Below, one piece after another: positions 17,211 through 28,728 of a DNA stretch of 64,000 bases. The notes below the pieces were generated by a model. That model searched no databases and was not told the origin of the DNA. It saw nothing but the letters and a program-made list of their open reading frames with translations. A program made the translations under genes and the position numbers. The DNA comes from an uncultured Flavobacteriales bacterium (GTDB taxonomy: Bacteria; Pseudomonadota; Alphaproteobacteria; UBA8366; CAVOAK01), in NCBI GenBank assembly GCA_964419045.1, contig CAYQNO010000019.1, positions 413,918-477,917 on the forward strand, in the 5' to 3' direction. Numbering within the stretch: position 1 is the first letter of the stretch; every line of letters begins with the position of its first letter.

Positions 17211-20039
17211 ATGACTAACGACTATCGAGATACGGTAACCCTGCCAAAGACATCATTCCCTATGAAGGCAGGTCTCCCCACACTGGAACCGATGCTTCTC
17301 CAACGATGGGAGGATATGGGGCTGTTTAAGCGACAGCGTGAAGTGTCGGCCGGGCGGCCCAAATTTACGTTGCATGACGGTCCACCATATGCAAACGGCC
17401 ATTTACACATTGGTACAGCACTCAACAAGATTCTCAAGGACATCACGAACAGATCTCAGCAAATGCTCGGCCGAGACGCAAACTATGTGCCAGGTTGGGA
17501 TTGCCACGGCCTTCCGATCGAATGGAAGATTGAAGAGCAATACCGCGCCAAAGGGCTTAATAAAGATTTAGTACCTATTATAGAATTCCGCCGTGAGTGT
17601 CGTGAGTTTGCATCGCATTGGATAAATATACAGCGCAAGGAATTCAAGCGTTTAGGTGTGCTCGGTGCCTGGGAAGACCCATATATGACCATGACATACG
17701 AGGCTGAAGCACAAATAGCGGCTGAAATTGGAAAATTTTTGATGAATGGGAGCCTTTACAAAGGCTCAAAACCAGTCCTTTGGTCAATTGTTGAGAAGAC
17801 AGCTCTCGCTGAGGCAGAGGTTGAGTATCTAGATCACACCTCGACTACAATCTGGGTGCGTTTCCCAGTGACCATCCCGAGTATTCCGATATTGGAAGGC
17901 GCTTCGGCTATAATTTGGACGACAACACCATGGACCATACCCGCTAATCGCGGTATCGCCTACGGAGCGGATTTGGACTACGTCATCATCAAGGTTACAG
18001 AGATAGATAACAAGTCAGCTGCCCATATAGGTGAAATTCTTATAGTAGCTGCTTCTAGGCTTGAAGTACTAAAGGCGGACATCGGATTGGTCGAGGTAGA
18101 AGTATTAAATACTGTTTTGGGCAAAGCCCTAAAGGGTACCATTTGTGCACATCCATTTCGTGGGGAACAGCCAGGTGTTTATGATTTTAATGTGCCACTA
18201 CTATCGGCTCATTTTGTTACCCTAGATCAGGGCACGGGTCTTGTTCACGTTGCGCCAGGGCATGGTTCAGACGACTTTCTCCTAGGCCAAGAGCATGGAC
18301 TAGATGTCCCTCAGACGGTAGGAGAGGATGGTCAGTATTTCGATGATGTCCCTTTGTTTGCTGGGTTGTCGGTTTACCGTGAAGATGGAACGGTAGGAGA
18401 TGCTGACGCGGGAGTGATCGCTGCGCTCGAACGCGTAGACTCGCTTCTGGCGAGTGGAAAGTTGACACATAGCTATCCTCATTCTTGGAGATCGAAGGCA
18501 CCGCTGATATTCCGAAACACGGATCAGTGGTTTATTTCTATGGAGAGCAATGATCTACGAGCAAAAGCGCTGGAAGCAATAAAGAAGACCGATTTTTTCC
18601 CGCCATCAGGTCAAACTCGTCTTGCTTCAATGATACAGAGTAGACCAGATTGGTGTATCTCACGCCAACGCGCGTGGGGAGTGCCAATCACCGTATTTGT
18701 TGACAGGAAAACAGGCGAACCGCTACGAGATCAAAATGTAGTGGACCGTGTGGTTAAAGCTTTTCAGGCTGAGGGCTCCGATGTGTGGTTCACGGCCGAG
18801 CCCTCAAGATTTTTAGGTGATGATTATGATTCAGAGTGTTATGAGCAAGTAACAGATGTAGTGGATGTATGGTTTGATTCTGGATCGACTCACGCCTTCG
18901 TGTTGGAACAGCGTGAAGAGCTAGATTGGCCGGCATCTCTTTATCTTGAAGGTTCCGATCAGCATCGCGGTTGGTTTCAGTCATCCATTCTTGAATCATG
19001 CGGTACCCGAGGCATGGCACCTTATAAGGGTGTGCTTACTCATGGATTCGTAATGGCTGAAGATGGCCGCAAGATGTCGAAATCACTAAATAATATTGTC
19101 TCACCGCTAGAGGTTGTGGAGAAGTATGGTGCAGAAACACTGCGAATATGGGTGGTCGCGACTGATTATGCCGAGGATGTAAAAATTGGTCAGGATATAA
19201 TTAAAAAGCAGATTGACACATACCGTCGACTACGCAACACATTGCGTTACTTGCTAGGTAACCTTAGTGACCGCGATGATGTAGCTCTTGTTCCAGTGGT
19301 GGATATGCCGGAGCTTGAACGTTGGGTATTACATCGGTTATGGCAACTTGATAAGTTTGTCCGCCAGCGGTGCGGACGCTACGATTTTCATGATTTATTT
19401 CGTGAATTATATAAATTTTGTGCAGTAGATTTATCAGCACATTATTTTGATATTCGCAAAGATTGCTTATATTGCGATCGACATGATGAACCTAGGCGAC
19501 AGGCGACGCTAACAGTTCTCGAACATTTGTTTGAATGCCTCACCGCCTGGCTTGCTCCAATCCTTTGCTTCACGGCAGAGGAAGCCTGGCTTACTCGTAA
19601 TCCAGACTCGAGTGTGCATCTGCGAGTATTTCCCGATATACCAGAGGAATGGCAGAATGAAACGTTGGCTGAAAAATGGGAAATGATATGGCAGGTTAGA
19701 CGTGTTATCACTGGTGCTCTCGAGGTCGAAAGAGGGGAAAAGCGGCTTGGATCGAGTCTGCAGGCTGCGCCTGAAGTTTATATGACACAAAACTATGCGA
19801 CGAATTTGGAAGGTGTGGATCTCGCTACTGTGGGAGTTACCTCAGCGGTTTCCATTATAGAGGGGTTAGCTCCGGAGAATGCCTATACGCTAGATGATGT
19901 AACCGGAGTGGGTGTCATTGTACAAAATGCCACTGGTGACAAATGTGAAAGGTGCTGGCGAATATTGCCAGACGTTGGTTTAGAATCTAATTTGCCGGAT
20001 TTGTGCGGACGTTGTGTCTCAGCTGTTCAGAGTTTGTGA
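17211..20039 (+). CDS. ileS: Isoleucine--tRNA ligase
   Basis: 942 aa. HIGH-type PPYANGHLHIGTAL, KMSKS, C-terminal Zn-finger CERCW...CGRC. Confidence 0.97.
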   Translation: MTNDYRDTVTLPKTSFPMKAGLPTLEPMLLQRWEDMGLFKRQREVSAGRPKFTLHDGPPYANGHLHIGTALNKILKDITNRSQQMLGRDANYVPGWDCHGLPIEWKIEEQYRAKGLNKDLVPIIEFRRECREFASHWINIQRKEFKRLGVLGAWEDPYMTMTYEAEAQIAAEIGKFLMNGSLYKGSKPVLWSIVEKTALAEAEVEYLDHTSTTIWVRFPVTIPSIPILEGASAIIWTTTPWTIPANRGIAYGADLDYVIIKVTEIDNKSAAHIGEILIVAASRLEVLKADIGLVEVEVLNTVLGKALKGTICAHPFRGEQPGVYDFNVPLLSAHFVTLDQGTGLVHVAPGHGSDDFLLGQEHGLDVPQTVGEDGQYFDDVPLFAGLSVYREDGTVGDADAGVIAALERVDSLLASGKLTHSYPHSWRSKAPLIFRNTDQWFISMESNDLRAKALEAIKKTDFFPPSGQTRLASMIQSRPDWCISRQRAWGVPITVFVDRKTGEPLRDQNVVDRVVKAFQAEGSDVWFTAEPSRFLGDDYDSECYEQVTDVVDVWFDSGSTHAFVLEQREELDWPASLYLEGSDQHRGWFQSSILESCGTRGMAPYKGVLTHGFVMAEDGRKMSKSLNNIVSPLEVVEKYGAETLRIWVVATDYAEDVKIGQDIIKKQIDTYRRLRNTLRYLLGNLSDRDDVALVPVVDMPELERWVLHRLWQLDKFVRQRCGRYDFHDLFRELYKFCAVDLSAHYFDIRKDCLYCDRHDEPRRQATLTVLEHLFECLTAWLAPILCFTAEEAWLTRNPDSSVHLRVFPDIPEEWQNETLAEKWEMIWQVRRVITGALEVERGEKRLGSSLQAAPEVYMTQNYATNLEGVDLATVGVTSAVSIIEGLAPENAYTLDDVTGVGVIVQNATGDKCERCWRILPDVGLESNLPDLCGRCVSAVQSL

Positions 20040-20105
20040 TCGATTGTAGATTTAGATCTGATATCACGAGTGCTGTAGGGAAACAATTAGCGTCAGCAAA
20101 GGATC

Positions 20106-20585
20106 GTGAACGGTATGTTAGGGTTGGGTTTAGGCATTGCCACAGCGACCACAATTTTTGATCAAGCAACGAAGTGGCTGATACTTGCTTGGATTGCACC
20201 ACTACCACATACGGTAGAAGTTTTTTCTATCTTCAACATAGTTTTGGTGTGGAATCGTGGTGTAAGTTTCGGATTATTTGATTCAGCCTCGCCCTGGGCC
20301 CCAGTTTTACTTTCGGCACTCGCCAGCACAGTCACACTATTTCTAATAATCTGGCTGCGAAGAATTGAAAACAGACTACTTGCAATTGGAGTCGGATTAA
20401 TAATTGGAGGGGCAGTAGGAAATATCATAGATCGACTTCGATATGGTGCTGTGGTCGATTTTTTTGATTTCCATATTGGCGAATACCACTGGCCAGCTTT
20501 CAATATAGCCGACATTGCAATATCTGTGGGTGTCTTTCTAGTTATCTTCGATGGTATAATTGCAAGACGCCGAGTAGACGGCTAA
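20106..20585 (+). CDS. lspA: Lipoprotein signal peptidase II
   Basis: 159 aa. NRGVSFG, GGAVGNIIDR, FNIADIAISVG. Canonical ileS-lspA synteny. Confidence 0.95.
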   Translation: MNGMLGLGLGIATATTIFDQATKWLILAWIAPLPHTVEVFSIFNIVLVWNRGVSFGLFDSASPWAPVLLSALASTVTLFLIIWLRRIENRLLAIGVGLIIGGAVGNIIDRLRYGAVVDFFDFHIGEYHWPAFNIADIAISVGVFLVIFDGIIARRRVDG

Positions 20586-20627
20586 ATTGATTGTGTAAAC
20601 CTCGGAGGTTGAGTAATCAAATCGACG

Positions 20628-21179
20628 TTGAAAAATTCTGTTGTAATCCTGAGTATTTCATTGTTGCTCGTTGGCTGCGGGGGCAAGTCTGGTAATATTC
20701 TTGGATTGGGTAAAACAGCACCTGATGAGTTCTCTGTCGTTCGTCGTGCGCCTCTTAGTCTACCACCAGATTATGATCTTCGACCACCTGACGCAGCCGG
20801 ATCTCGAACACAAGACGTTGCACCGCGTGAAAAGGCAAAAAATAGTCTTTTCGTTGATGCTAAAGGAAACAAGATGGCTTCAGCCTCTACAATTGGGGAT
20901 AACCGTTCTGCCGGAGAACTTGCTCTCCTGGCACAGTCGAATGCACTTTCAGCTGATGCAAATATACGAACGCTTATCAACCGTGAAAGTTCTGTCCTTG
21001 CGAGGGAGGATGGTGCATTTGTCGAAAAATTAATTTTTTGGCGTTCGAGACCAATACCCGGTGTTATTCTTGACCCTAAGCTTGAGGCTAAACGTCTGCG
21101 AGAAAATGCTGCACTAGGAAAGTCTGTAACTGACGGCGAAACGCCACTGATTAAGAGGAAGAAGGTGGGCCTATTCTGA
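20628..21179 (+). CDS. DUF3035-family lipoprotein
   Basis: 183 aa. Lipobox LLVGC, PDEFSVVRRAPLSLPPDYDLRPP motif. Usual alphaproteobacterial position after lspA. TTG start assumed. Confidence 0.75.
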   Translation: MKNSVVILSISLLLVGCGGKSGNILGLGKTAPDEFSVVRRAPLSLPPDYDLRPPDAAGSRTQDVAPREKAKNSLFVDAKGNKMASASTIGDNRSAGELALLAQSNALSADANIRTLINRESSVLAREDGAFVEKLIFWRSRPIPGVILDPKLEAKRLRENAALGKSVTDGETPLIKRKKVGLF

Positions 21180-21313
21180 GTCGATACCGTTTTACCCATT
21201 GCGTTACTGTGAAGAACAATCGGGTCTTTTGAAGACGATCCCAAGGCACTCAATGTCTGCCAATAGATCCTAGCTGATATTACCTTGTTTTGTAGGAATT
21301 CGCTGACACCTTC

Positions 21314-22669
21314 ATGATGTTTTTTGTGCAAAATATAGTAGGGAAATATCTCGGATGGATATTCTTCGTCGTCTTGTTACAGTCAGCGCTGTCTGCGAAC
21401 GCAACTGTTTTTAACGCTAAATCGTTTACTTTATCAAACGGTATGCGAGTTGTGGTGGCATCCAACCACCGTGTTCCAGTGGTTACGCACATGATTTACT
21501 ATCGGGTTGGAGCTATGGATGAACCTAGTGGGCAGTCAGGGATTGCTCATTTTCTAGAACATTTAATGTTTAAGGGAACAAAAAAACTGAAACCTGGCGA
21601 ATTCTCAGAAATTGTAGCCCGTAATGGTGGACAAGAGAATGCGTTTACAACATCGGATACAACTTCGTATTTTCAATCAATTTCACGAGACCGGTTAGAA
21701 ATTGTAATGAATATTGAAGCTGATCGTATGACTAATCTTGTGTTGACTGATGAAAACATTGAACCGGAGAGGCTCGTTATACTTGAAGAGCGGCGTAGTC
21801 GAGTTGAAAGCCGTCCAGGATACCAATTGCATGAGGAAGCGCGGGCAGCACTCTATTTAAATCACCCTTATCGAAAACCTGTTATTGGGTGGGAACATGA
21901 GATTCGTGCTCTTACTCGTGCGCAGATTATTGATTTCTATCGGAAATGGTATGCGCCAAATAATGCGGTCCTCGTGTTGTCTGGAGATATAAACGAGATG
22001 GATGCTCTCGTACTTTCAAAAAAAATCTACGGAGTAATCCCAGCCAAGGCGCTACCCGAGCGACAGAAATGGCAGGAACCAAGGCATCGTACTGACCGTT
22101 TGGTTGAAATGCGCCATCCACAAGTACGACAATCATCGTGGACAAGGCAATTTATCGCACCAAGTTACAGTTATGGCGACACTGAACATGCGTACGCGCT
22201 GCAGGTTCTCGAAGAAATTCTAAGTGGTAGTTCTACCAGCCGCCTTTACAAATCTCTCGTAGTTGAAAAGAAAATAGCAGTCTCGGCAGGCGCTTGGTAC
22301 AGAGCCAACTTGCGTGGTCCAGCGACTTTTGGGTTTGCGGTTACACCGGCGATTAAAGAAGAAATTGTAGCTGTCGAGAGCGCAATTAAGGTGGAAATCA
22401 ATAAACTGATTAAGAATGGTGTGAGTGATGATGAGGTTGCCCGTGCCATAGCGAGGCTACAAGCAAGTGCAATTTTTGCTCGGGATTCAAATCGTGTGCC
22501 TGCACGATTGCTGGGTGGTGCTCTCGCGATCAATCGGAGTGTGGAAGATGTGGAATCTTGGCCGGACCACATTGGAAACGTAAACGCTAAGGATATATCC
22601 AAAGCGGTACATGCCGTTTTTGCTGACCGTCCTTCATTAAGAACAATTCTGTTGCCAGAGCAAGAATAG
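21314..22669 (+). CDS. M16-family zinc peptidase (catalytic subunit)
   Basis: 451 aa. Signal peptide, inverted zincin HFLEHLMFKGT (HxxEH). Confidence 0.9.
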   Translation: MMFFVQNIVGKYLGWIFFVVLLQSALSANATVFNAKSFTLSNGMRVVVASNHRVPVVTHMIYYRVGAMDEPSGQSGIAHFLEHLMFKGTKKLKPGEFSEIVARNGGQENAFTTSDTTSYFQSISRDRLEIVMNIEADRMTNLVLTDENIEPERLVILEERRSRVESRPGYQLHEEARAALYLNHPYRKPVIGWEHEIRALTRAQIIDFYRKWYAPNNAVLVLSGDINEMDALVLSKKIYGVIPAKALPERQKWQEPRHRTDRLVEMRHPQVRQSSWTRQFIAPSYSYGDTEHAYALQVLEEILSGSSTSRLYKSLVVEKKIAVSAGAWYRANLRGPATFGFAVTPAIKEEIVAVESAIKVEINKLIKNGVSDDEVARAIARLQASAIFARDSNRVPARLLGGALAINRSVEDVESWPDHIGNVNAKDISKAVHAVFADRPSLRTILLPEQE

Positions 22670-24051
22670 TGAGTAGATATTGCTCAGGCGGATCAAGACA
22701 AAGCACGAGTCCAATATTTCGATTCTTAGCGGTTCTTGTTAGCTTATGTTTTCTTGTCCTCACATCTGCATACGCTGGAAAGGTTCAACAAGTAACCAGT
22801 CCAGGAGGTATAGTTGCTTGGTTAGTGGAAGATCATTCGATCCCCATTACTTCAATTGAATTCTCGTTCCGTGGTGGGGCCGGACTTGATCCAGTAGGCA
22901 AGACAGGGCTTGCAAATTTTGTTGCGAGCGTCATCGATGAAGGTGCGGGTAATCTTGATAGCCAGGCATTTCAAGGACGGCTCAATGACCTCTCTGTGAC
23001 TCTCAGATACTCGGTAGGTTTTGATACTTTTCGTGGCAGCTTGAAAACACTTAACCGCCATCGTAAGGCGGCTATAAACTTGCTTCGAATGTCACTTGCG
23101 CAACCACGATTTGACCCAGAGCCTGTCCAACGAATTCGCCAACAGATCCTAACTTCCATCCGTCGTCGGTCAAATAATCCAACAGAATTAGCGAGTCGCA
23201 CTCTTTGGCGTGCTGTATTTTCTGATCACCCTTACAGTCGCAACTTACAAGGGACAGAAAAGTCTGTGAATGAAATTACCATAGAAGATATCCGTACTTT
23301 TGCCTCGAGACGACTTGCTAAGGATAATCTCATCGCAGGTGTAGTAGGCGATATTACCGCTGAGGAATTAGCTCCCTTGTTGGACGAAGCATTTGGTGAC
23401 CTCCCTAATCTAGCAGCTTCGTCACAACTTGAGAAAGCGTATGTGGCGGAGCTTGCAAAGATATTTGTTGTTGAGAAGGATATACCACAGTCGGTTATCA
23501 TGTTTAGTCAACCTGGAATAGCACGCGGTGATTTGGATTATTATGCGGCATATGTCATGAATCATATTCTCGGTGGTGGTGCATTCTCTTCGCGTCTATA
23601 CCAGGAAATTCGCGAGAAGCGCGGCCTTGCATATTCAGTCTACAGCTATATTAACCCTCTTGATGCCGGATCAATTTTGACGGGTAGCGTATCAACAGAA
23701 AATGCACGAGCTGGCAGGTCACTAGAGATTGTACGTGCAGAGTGGTCTCGAATGAGTGACAAAGGAATAAGTGAGGAAGAACTTAATAAAGCGAAGCAGT
23801 ACATTACCGGTTCGTGGCCGTTGAGATTTGACAATGTGGCCCAGATGGCCCGTATGCTTGTTGGTATGCAGTACAACGAACTAGGGATTGAGTACTTGGA
23901 TATGCGTAACGATTACATTAACGCAGTAACACGTGAGGATATCAATCGCGTGGCGAGGAGAATTCTCGATGTAGCCAAGCTTACTGTGGTAGTGGTAGGC
24001 AAACCACTTGGTATCCGGGCGACAGCTGAAGTGTTGGACGAAGACGGTTAA
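22669..24051 (+). CDS. M16-family peptidase, non-catalytic partner subunit
   Basis: 460 aa. M16 fold-like sequence without HxxEH. Overlaps the upstream M16 stop by 1 nt. Confidence 0.85.
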   Translation: MSRYCSGGSRQSTSPIFRFLAVLVSLCFLVLTSAYAGKVQQVTSPGGIVAWLVEDHSIPITSIEFSFRGGAGLDPVGKTGLANFVASVIDEGAGNLDSQAFQGRLNDLSVTLRYSVGFDTFRGSLKTLNRHRKAAINLLRMSLAQPRFDPEPVQRIRQQILTSIRRRSNNPTELASRTLWRAVFSDHPYSRNLQGTEKSVNEITIEDIRTFASRRLAKDNLIAGVVGDITAEELAPLLDEAFGDLPNLAASSQLEKAYVAELAKIFVVEKDIPQSVIMFSQPGIARGDLDYYAAYVMNHILGGGAFSSRLYQEIREKRGLAYSVYSYINPLDAGSILTGSVSTENARAGRSLEIVRAEWSRMSDKGISEEELNKAKQYITGSWPLRFDNVAQMARMLVGMQYNELGIEYLDMRNDYINAVTREDINRVARRILDVAKLTVVVVGKPLGIRATAEVLDEDG

Positions 24052-24123
24052 AGACAAATGGAGAAAAAGAGTCGGTGACTTGTTGCACGTGACCGAGCAC
24101 TGGGTCAGAATTGTGATGCACCA

Positions 24124-25398
24124 ATGACTTATTTTCAATTGATAGATTCCTGCTTTCCCGCAGCCGGCGGTGCGGCTCTGAGAGAGTTATATGATCGCCT
24201 GCTGTGCGCGGCGATGCGGGAGGTACATGTTCTCCGAGAAGAGGTCGAAAAGGGTGGCGCCGCCTTTTTAGACCTGAAAACTCACACCGATAACATCAAG
24301 GTTGTGGAAAATTTAGCACAACGATATCGCGAAAAGTTTGCTGATGTTGTTCTCCTAGGTACCGGTGGGTCTAGCCTCGGAGCGCGAGCTCTCTGTAGCC
24401 TGGGAGAAGCCGGCGGGCCGCGGCTTCACTTTATCGATAATATTGATACACACACAATTACCAGACTTTTTGAACAAGTAGAACTTTCTAAAACCGGATT
24501 TATAGGGGTTTCAAAATCAGGTGAGACAGCCGAGACGTTAGCACAGATATTAATTACGATCGATTATCTGCAGTCATCGTTTGGAGAAAAATCCATTGTT
24601 GATCATATGACTCTGATCACTAAACCTGGTGACAATACCCTCCGCAGACTAGCCAATCCACTGAATATCCGCATTCTTGACCACGATCCATTGATAGGTG
24701 GACGTTATTCTGCTCTTTCGATCGTCGGTCTATTGCCGGCGATGATCGTAGGCCTGGATCCGAGGGCAATTCTTGCGGGAGCCAGCAAGTCGCTTAGCGA
24801 TGCCATTAAAACGGAAAAGCCTGGAGATAGTGCCCCAGCTTCGGGTGCCGCGATTTCGGTTGCGCTGCAACGTCAGCTCGGAATAAATACGACGGTCGTC
24901 ATGCCTTATGTTGATAGATTGGCAGCTTTCGCGAGTTGGTATTGCCAGCTTTGGGCAGAAAGTCTGGGAAAAAACGGGTTGGGAACAACACCAATTGCGG
25001 CCCTCGGTACCGTCGACCAACATAGTCAACTACAACTTTATCTAGATGGACCAGCGGACAAGTTAATAACTATCTTGGTTGGCCCCATGGCTGGCGATGG
25101 CCCCAAATTTGATGCCTCCTTTACCAGTAGTCCGGGGTTATCGTACTTCACGAACCGCTCTCTTGGTGACCTCATGGATATGAGTGGCGAAGCGACGATA
25201 GAAACTCTTGTTCATCATGATTGCCCTGTACGGATTATCCGCATTGGAAAGATGAATGAATCGACGCTTGGAGCACTTATGATGCATTTCATGCTCGAGA
25301 CAGTAATCACAGCCAGGCTAATAGGTGTGAATCCGTTCGACCAACCGGCAGTTGATAGAGGCAAAGAATTAATACTTCGCCGTATGACTGAACTCTAA
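24124..25398 (+). CDS. pgi: Glucose-6-phosphate isomerase (short form)
   Basis: 424 aa. [38 protein letters not shown]. Confidence 0.9.
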   Translation: MTYFQLIDSCFPAAGGAALRELYDRLLCAAMREVHVLREEVEKGGAAFLDLKTHTDNIKVVENLAQRYREKFADVVLLGTGGSSLGARALCSLGEAGGPRLHFIDNIDTHTITRLFEQVELSKTGFIGVSKSGETAETLAQILITIDYLQSSFGEKSIVDHMTLITKPGDNTLRRLANPLNIRILDHDPLIGGRYSALSIVGLLPAMIVGLDPRAILAGASKSLSDAIKTEKPGDSAPASGAAISVALQRQLGINTTVVMPYVDRLAAFASWYCQLWAESLGKNGLGTTPIAALGTVDQHSQLQLYLDGPADKLITILVGPMAGDGPKFDASFTSSPGLSYFTNRSLGDLMDMSGEATIETLVHHDCPVRIIRIGKMNESTLGALMMHFMLETVITARLIGVNPFDQPAVDRGKELILRRMTEL

Positions 25399-25409
25399 GG
25401 AGTAGTTTC

Positions 25410-27236
25410 ATGACGATCCGCCGTTTGCCTAAGATAATAGTTAACCAGATTGCGGCCGGTGAAGTAATTGAGCGACCCTCGGCAGTGGTAAAGGAGCTTG
25501 TCGAAAACAGCCTCGACGCTGGAGCAACACGCGTTGATGTTGTTTTGCGTGATGGGGGTAAATCCCTAATTCAGGTGATTGACGATGGAAACGGTATGAA
25601 ACAGGAGGAATTATCACTGGCGGTTGAACGTCATGCGACCTCCAAACTGCCAAAAGATGATCTCGAATCGATTATGACGTTGGGATTTCGTGGCGAGGCA
25701 CTACCATCGATAGGTGCGGTGAGCCGGACAAAAATCACCAGTAGATCTAAGTTATCGGATTCCGCGTGGCAACTGCGGGTAGAAGCAGGTATCGTTGGAG
25801 AACCGACGCCCGCAGCTCTCCCCGCGGGCACGAGTGTGGAAGTGAGTGACTTATTTTTTGCAACGCCGGCACGACTGAAATTTCTCCGCACTGAACGGAC
25901 GGAAACATCACTGATAATAGAGGCTGTGACACGCCTTGCGATGGCCTCGTCTAGCGTAGCATTTTCTGTTAACGATGGTCGACGAAACCGTCTCAATCTA
26001 GCGGCTATCGAGCAGGAGCTTATCGACTCGCGATTAGTGCGACTCGAGCAGATAATGGGCCGCGAATTTTCAGAAAATGCGGTCGCAATAACGGGCGAGC
26101 GTGCGGAAGCTCGACTGACGGGATTCGCGGGTCTGCCTACCCTTAATCGAGCCAATTCCGCAAAACAATATTTATTTGTTAACAAACGGCCAGTCCGTGA
26201 CAAGTTGCTATTAGGCGCTGTACGCGGTGCTTATGCGGACTTTCTTGCTAGAGGTCGTCACCCCATCGTAGCTCTATTTCTTGATGTGGAACCGGATTGG
26301 GTAGATATAAATGTTCATCCAACCAAGGCAGAAGTGAGATTTCGTGATCCAGGTCTGATACGTGGACTTATTGTAGGTGCGTTGAAGCACGCGCTGGCAG
26401 CGGCAGGGCATCGGGCGTCTACTACTGTGACGACGCTAGCATTAGGCAAAATGCGACCCAGTAATGATCCGTATGGTAGTATGAATAAAACGCTTCCATA
26501 TTCGAAGAGACAGTCAAGCTATGGACAAAATATTGGTGGGCGATCGTATTCATCACAGGCGCCTTTGGATGAAGTTACACCAGACATTCATACGCCATCA
26601 GCCCGAGATGACGATTACTCGTCTGGTCAACACTCTGAACGGGATAGTCCAACAAATTTTCCGTTGGGTGCCGCGAGAGCCCAGCTTCATGAAACTTACG
26701 TAGTAGCTCAGACCAAGGACGGAATGGTCGTAGTCGATCAACATGCAGCTCATGAACGACTGGTCTATGAACGTATGAAGGCGGCTTTAGATGCCAGTGG
26801 AGTAAACCGACAGGGCTTGTTAATTCCTGAAGTAATTGAACTTGATGAATCTTCGGTTCAACGTCTTGGTAGCCGTAAGACTGAACTAGCTGAATTAGGT
26901 CTAATTTTGGAACCTTTTGGCCCTGGTTCGGTAGTGGTACGAGAGGTTCCGGCACTGCTCGGTGAGGTCGACGTACAATCGCTGGTGCGAGATTTGGCGG
27001 ATGACCTGGCTGAGCTGGGAGAGACGTTGTCTTTATCCGAAAAACTTCAGGAAGTTTGTTCGACTATGGCATGTCACGGATCGGTGAGAGCAGGAAGACG
27101 TCTCAACGTCGATGAGATGAATGCACTATTGCGGCAAATGGAGGCAACGCCCCATTCGGGCCAATGCAACCATGGTAGACCAACATATGTTGAGTTGAAG
27201 ATAGCAGATATAGAGAGACTGTTTGGTCGACGCTAG
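25410..27236 (+). CDS. mutL: DNA mismatch repair protein MutL
   Basis: 608 aa. GHKL ATPase motifs [40 protein letters not shown]-terminal [12 protein letters not shown]. Confidence 0.96.
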   Translation: MTIRRLPKIIVNQIAAGEVIERPSAVVKELVENSLDAGATRVDVVLRDGGKSLIQVIDDGNGMKQEELSLAVERHATSKLPKDDLESIMTLGFRGEALPSIGAVSRTKITSRSKLSDSAWQLRVEAGIVGEPTPAALPAGTSVEVSDLFFATPARLKFLRTERTETSLIIEAVTRLAMASSSVAFSVNDGRRNRLNLAAIEQELIDSRLVRLEQIMGREFSENAVAITGERAEARLTGFAGLPTLNRANSAKQYLFVNKRPVRDKLLLGAVRGAYADFLARGRHPIVALFLDVEPDWVDINVHPTKAEVRFRDPGLIRGLIVGALKHALAAAGHRASTTVTTLALGKMRPSNDPYGSMNKTLPYSKRQSSYGQNIGGRSYSSQAPLDEVTPDIHTPSARDDDYSSGQHSERDSPTNFPLGAARAQLHETYVVAQTKDGMVVVDQHAAHERLVYERMKAALDASGVNRQGLLIPEVIELDESSVQRLGSRKTELAELGLILEPFGPGSVVVREVPALLGEVDVQSLVRDLADDLAELGETLSLSEKLQEVCSTMACHGSVRAGRRLNVDEMNALLRQMEATPHSGQCNHGRPTYVELKIADIERLFGRR

Positions 27237-27254
27237 GCACAAAATTTGAGTGAT

Positions 27255-27839
27255 TCAAGTAGCCTCTTGCAGCTCGTTCTCCGTCGCATTTCGAAATCGA
27301 AGAATTATGGTACGCGAAACTCCATATTTACGTTCGTCTATTACCTCAAACTTAGGGGGAAAAGCGAATGGTTCTGTGCTAGCAAGTTCGACTATGCAGA
27401 TCGCGCTATGGTTGAGCCATCCATTCCTGGAAAGTGCTGAGAGAGCGGGGCCTGCCAATCCATTTCCATAGGGTGGGTCCAAAAATACAAGGTTACTAGC
27501 TGACTGTGACGTTGGTGGGCAGGTAGCGTCCGCACAAATGATTCTAGACCGTTCACCCTCGCCACAAAGTACTATGTTTTGCTGCAATATTTCGAGCGCA
27601 ATTGGATTGTTTTCGATAAAAATTGCTTGCCTGGCACCACGGCTCAATGCTTCGAGACCCAGTGCTCCTGTTCCTGCAAACACGTCTACAACTCTAGCAC
27701 CATGCAATTTTATACCATGATTACCATGTTCTAAAATGTTGAATAGTGCTTGTCGTAGACGGTCCGAGCTTGGCCGGATAGCCTGACCAGAGGGCGATGC
27801 AAGTCTAAGTCCTCGATTTTTACCTGCTATGATGCGCAT
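27255..27839 (-). CDS. rsmD: 16S rRNA (guanine966-N2)-methyltransferase
   Basis: 194 aa. MRIIAGKNRG, DVFAGTGALGLEALSRGA, FLDPPY. Confidence 0.9.
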   Translation of the reverse strand: MRIIAGKNRGLRLASPSGQAIRPSSDRLRQALFNILEHGNHGIKLHGARVVDVFAGTGALGLEALSRGARQAIFIENNPIALEILQQNIVLCGEGERSRIICADATCPPTSQSASNLVFLDPPYGNGLAGPALSALSRNGWLNHSAICIVELASTEPFAFPPKFEVIDERKYGVSRTIILRFRNATENELQEAT

Positions 27840-28608
27840 AGCGAGACATCGCAGTGAAACTTTCGCCGCCTAATTGCTGATGAAAGGTATGTGAGGGTAT
27901 TTCAGCGATACTATTTCGAGCGAGTTGGCCCAATTGGAAAGGACCAAAACTTTTACGGATAAGTCGACTAACTGGCCAGCCAAAAAATGCACAAATCTTC
28001 CGTACTTCCCGGTTGCGACCTTCTCGGAGGGCTATTGAGAGCCATGCATTACTTCGTGTTTGCTTCTCAATTTGAGCTATGATAGGCCCATATTGAACTC
28101 CTCCAATAGAAATTCCGTCTGAAATGGACGCGAGTTTATCTGGGTCTGCCCGGCCGCGCACGCGAACGCGGTAGTTCCTAATCAAACCCGTCTCTGGTAA
28201 CTCTAGTCTTCTCGCCAGTTTACCATCATTAGTGAGTAGTAAGAGGCCTTCTGAGTTGAGATCTAGTCGACCCACTGTTATCACGCGCGGAAGGTTCTTG
28301 GGTAAGTGATCGAAGATTGTCGGACGGCCTAGCTCATCACGGTTTGTTGTGACAAGTCCTCTGGGTTTGTTATAGCGCCACAATCGACTAGGTAGAGGCT
28401 TCGCAAGAAGGGTGCCGTCGACTGTTATCTGATCACTTGTAACAACTGACACCGCTGCTGTTTCAAGAATCCGTCCATTGATAGCTACACGCCCGGCAAC
28501 GATCAGTCGCTCGGCCTCACGTCGTGAACAAAGGCCGGCTCGTGCTATGACCTTAGCAACTCGGTCTCCCTTAACAGCAGATGCAAACTTCTCATCGGTC
28601 ATGACCAT
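27820..28608 (-). CDS. RsuA/RluB-family pseudouridine synthase with S4 domain
   Basis: S4 region RVAKVIARAGLCSRREAERLI, catalytic VGRLDLNSEGLLLLTNDG. An internal Met (28608 or 28602) is judged the true start rather than the track's 28719. Confidence 0.88.
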   Translation of the reverse strand: MVMTDEKFASAVKGDRVAKVIARAGLCSRREAERLIVAGRVAINGRILETAAVSVVTSDQITVDGTLLAKPLPSRLWRYNKPRGLVTTNRDELGRPTIFDHLPKNLPRVITVGRLDLNSEGLLLLTNDGKLARRLELPETGLIRNYRVRVRGRADPDKLASISDGISIGGVQYGPIIAQIEKQTRSNAWLSIALREGRNREVRKICAFFGWPVSRLIRKSFGPFQLGQLARNSIAEIPSHTFHQQLGGESFTAMSRYAHHSR

Positions 28609-28728
28609 AATATTACGGTTGTGAACAATATTGAGCAACGTAGTGTAGAGGGGAACTTGTAAGAGGAGAAGCCGATAGTTTTCTGTCATTACTTGACGAG
28701 TCTTGGTTAGTGAGATCAAGTTACAGAC

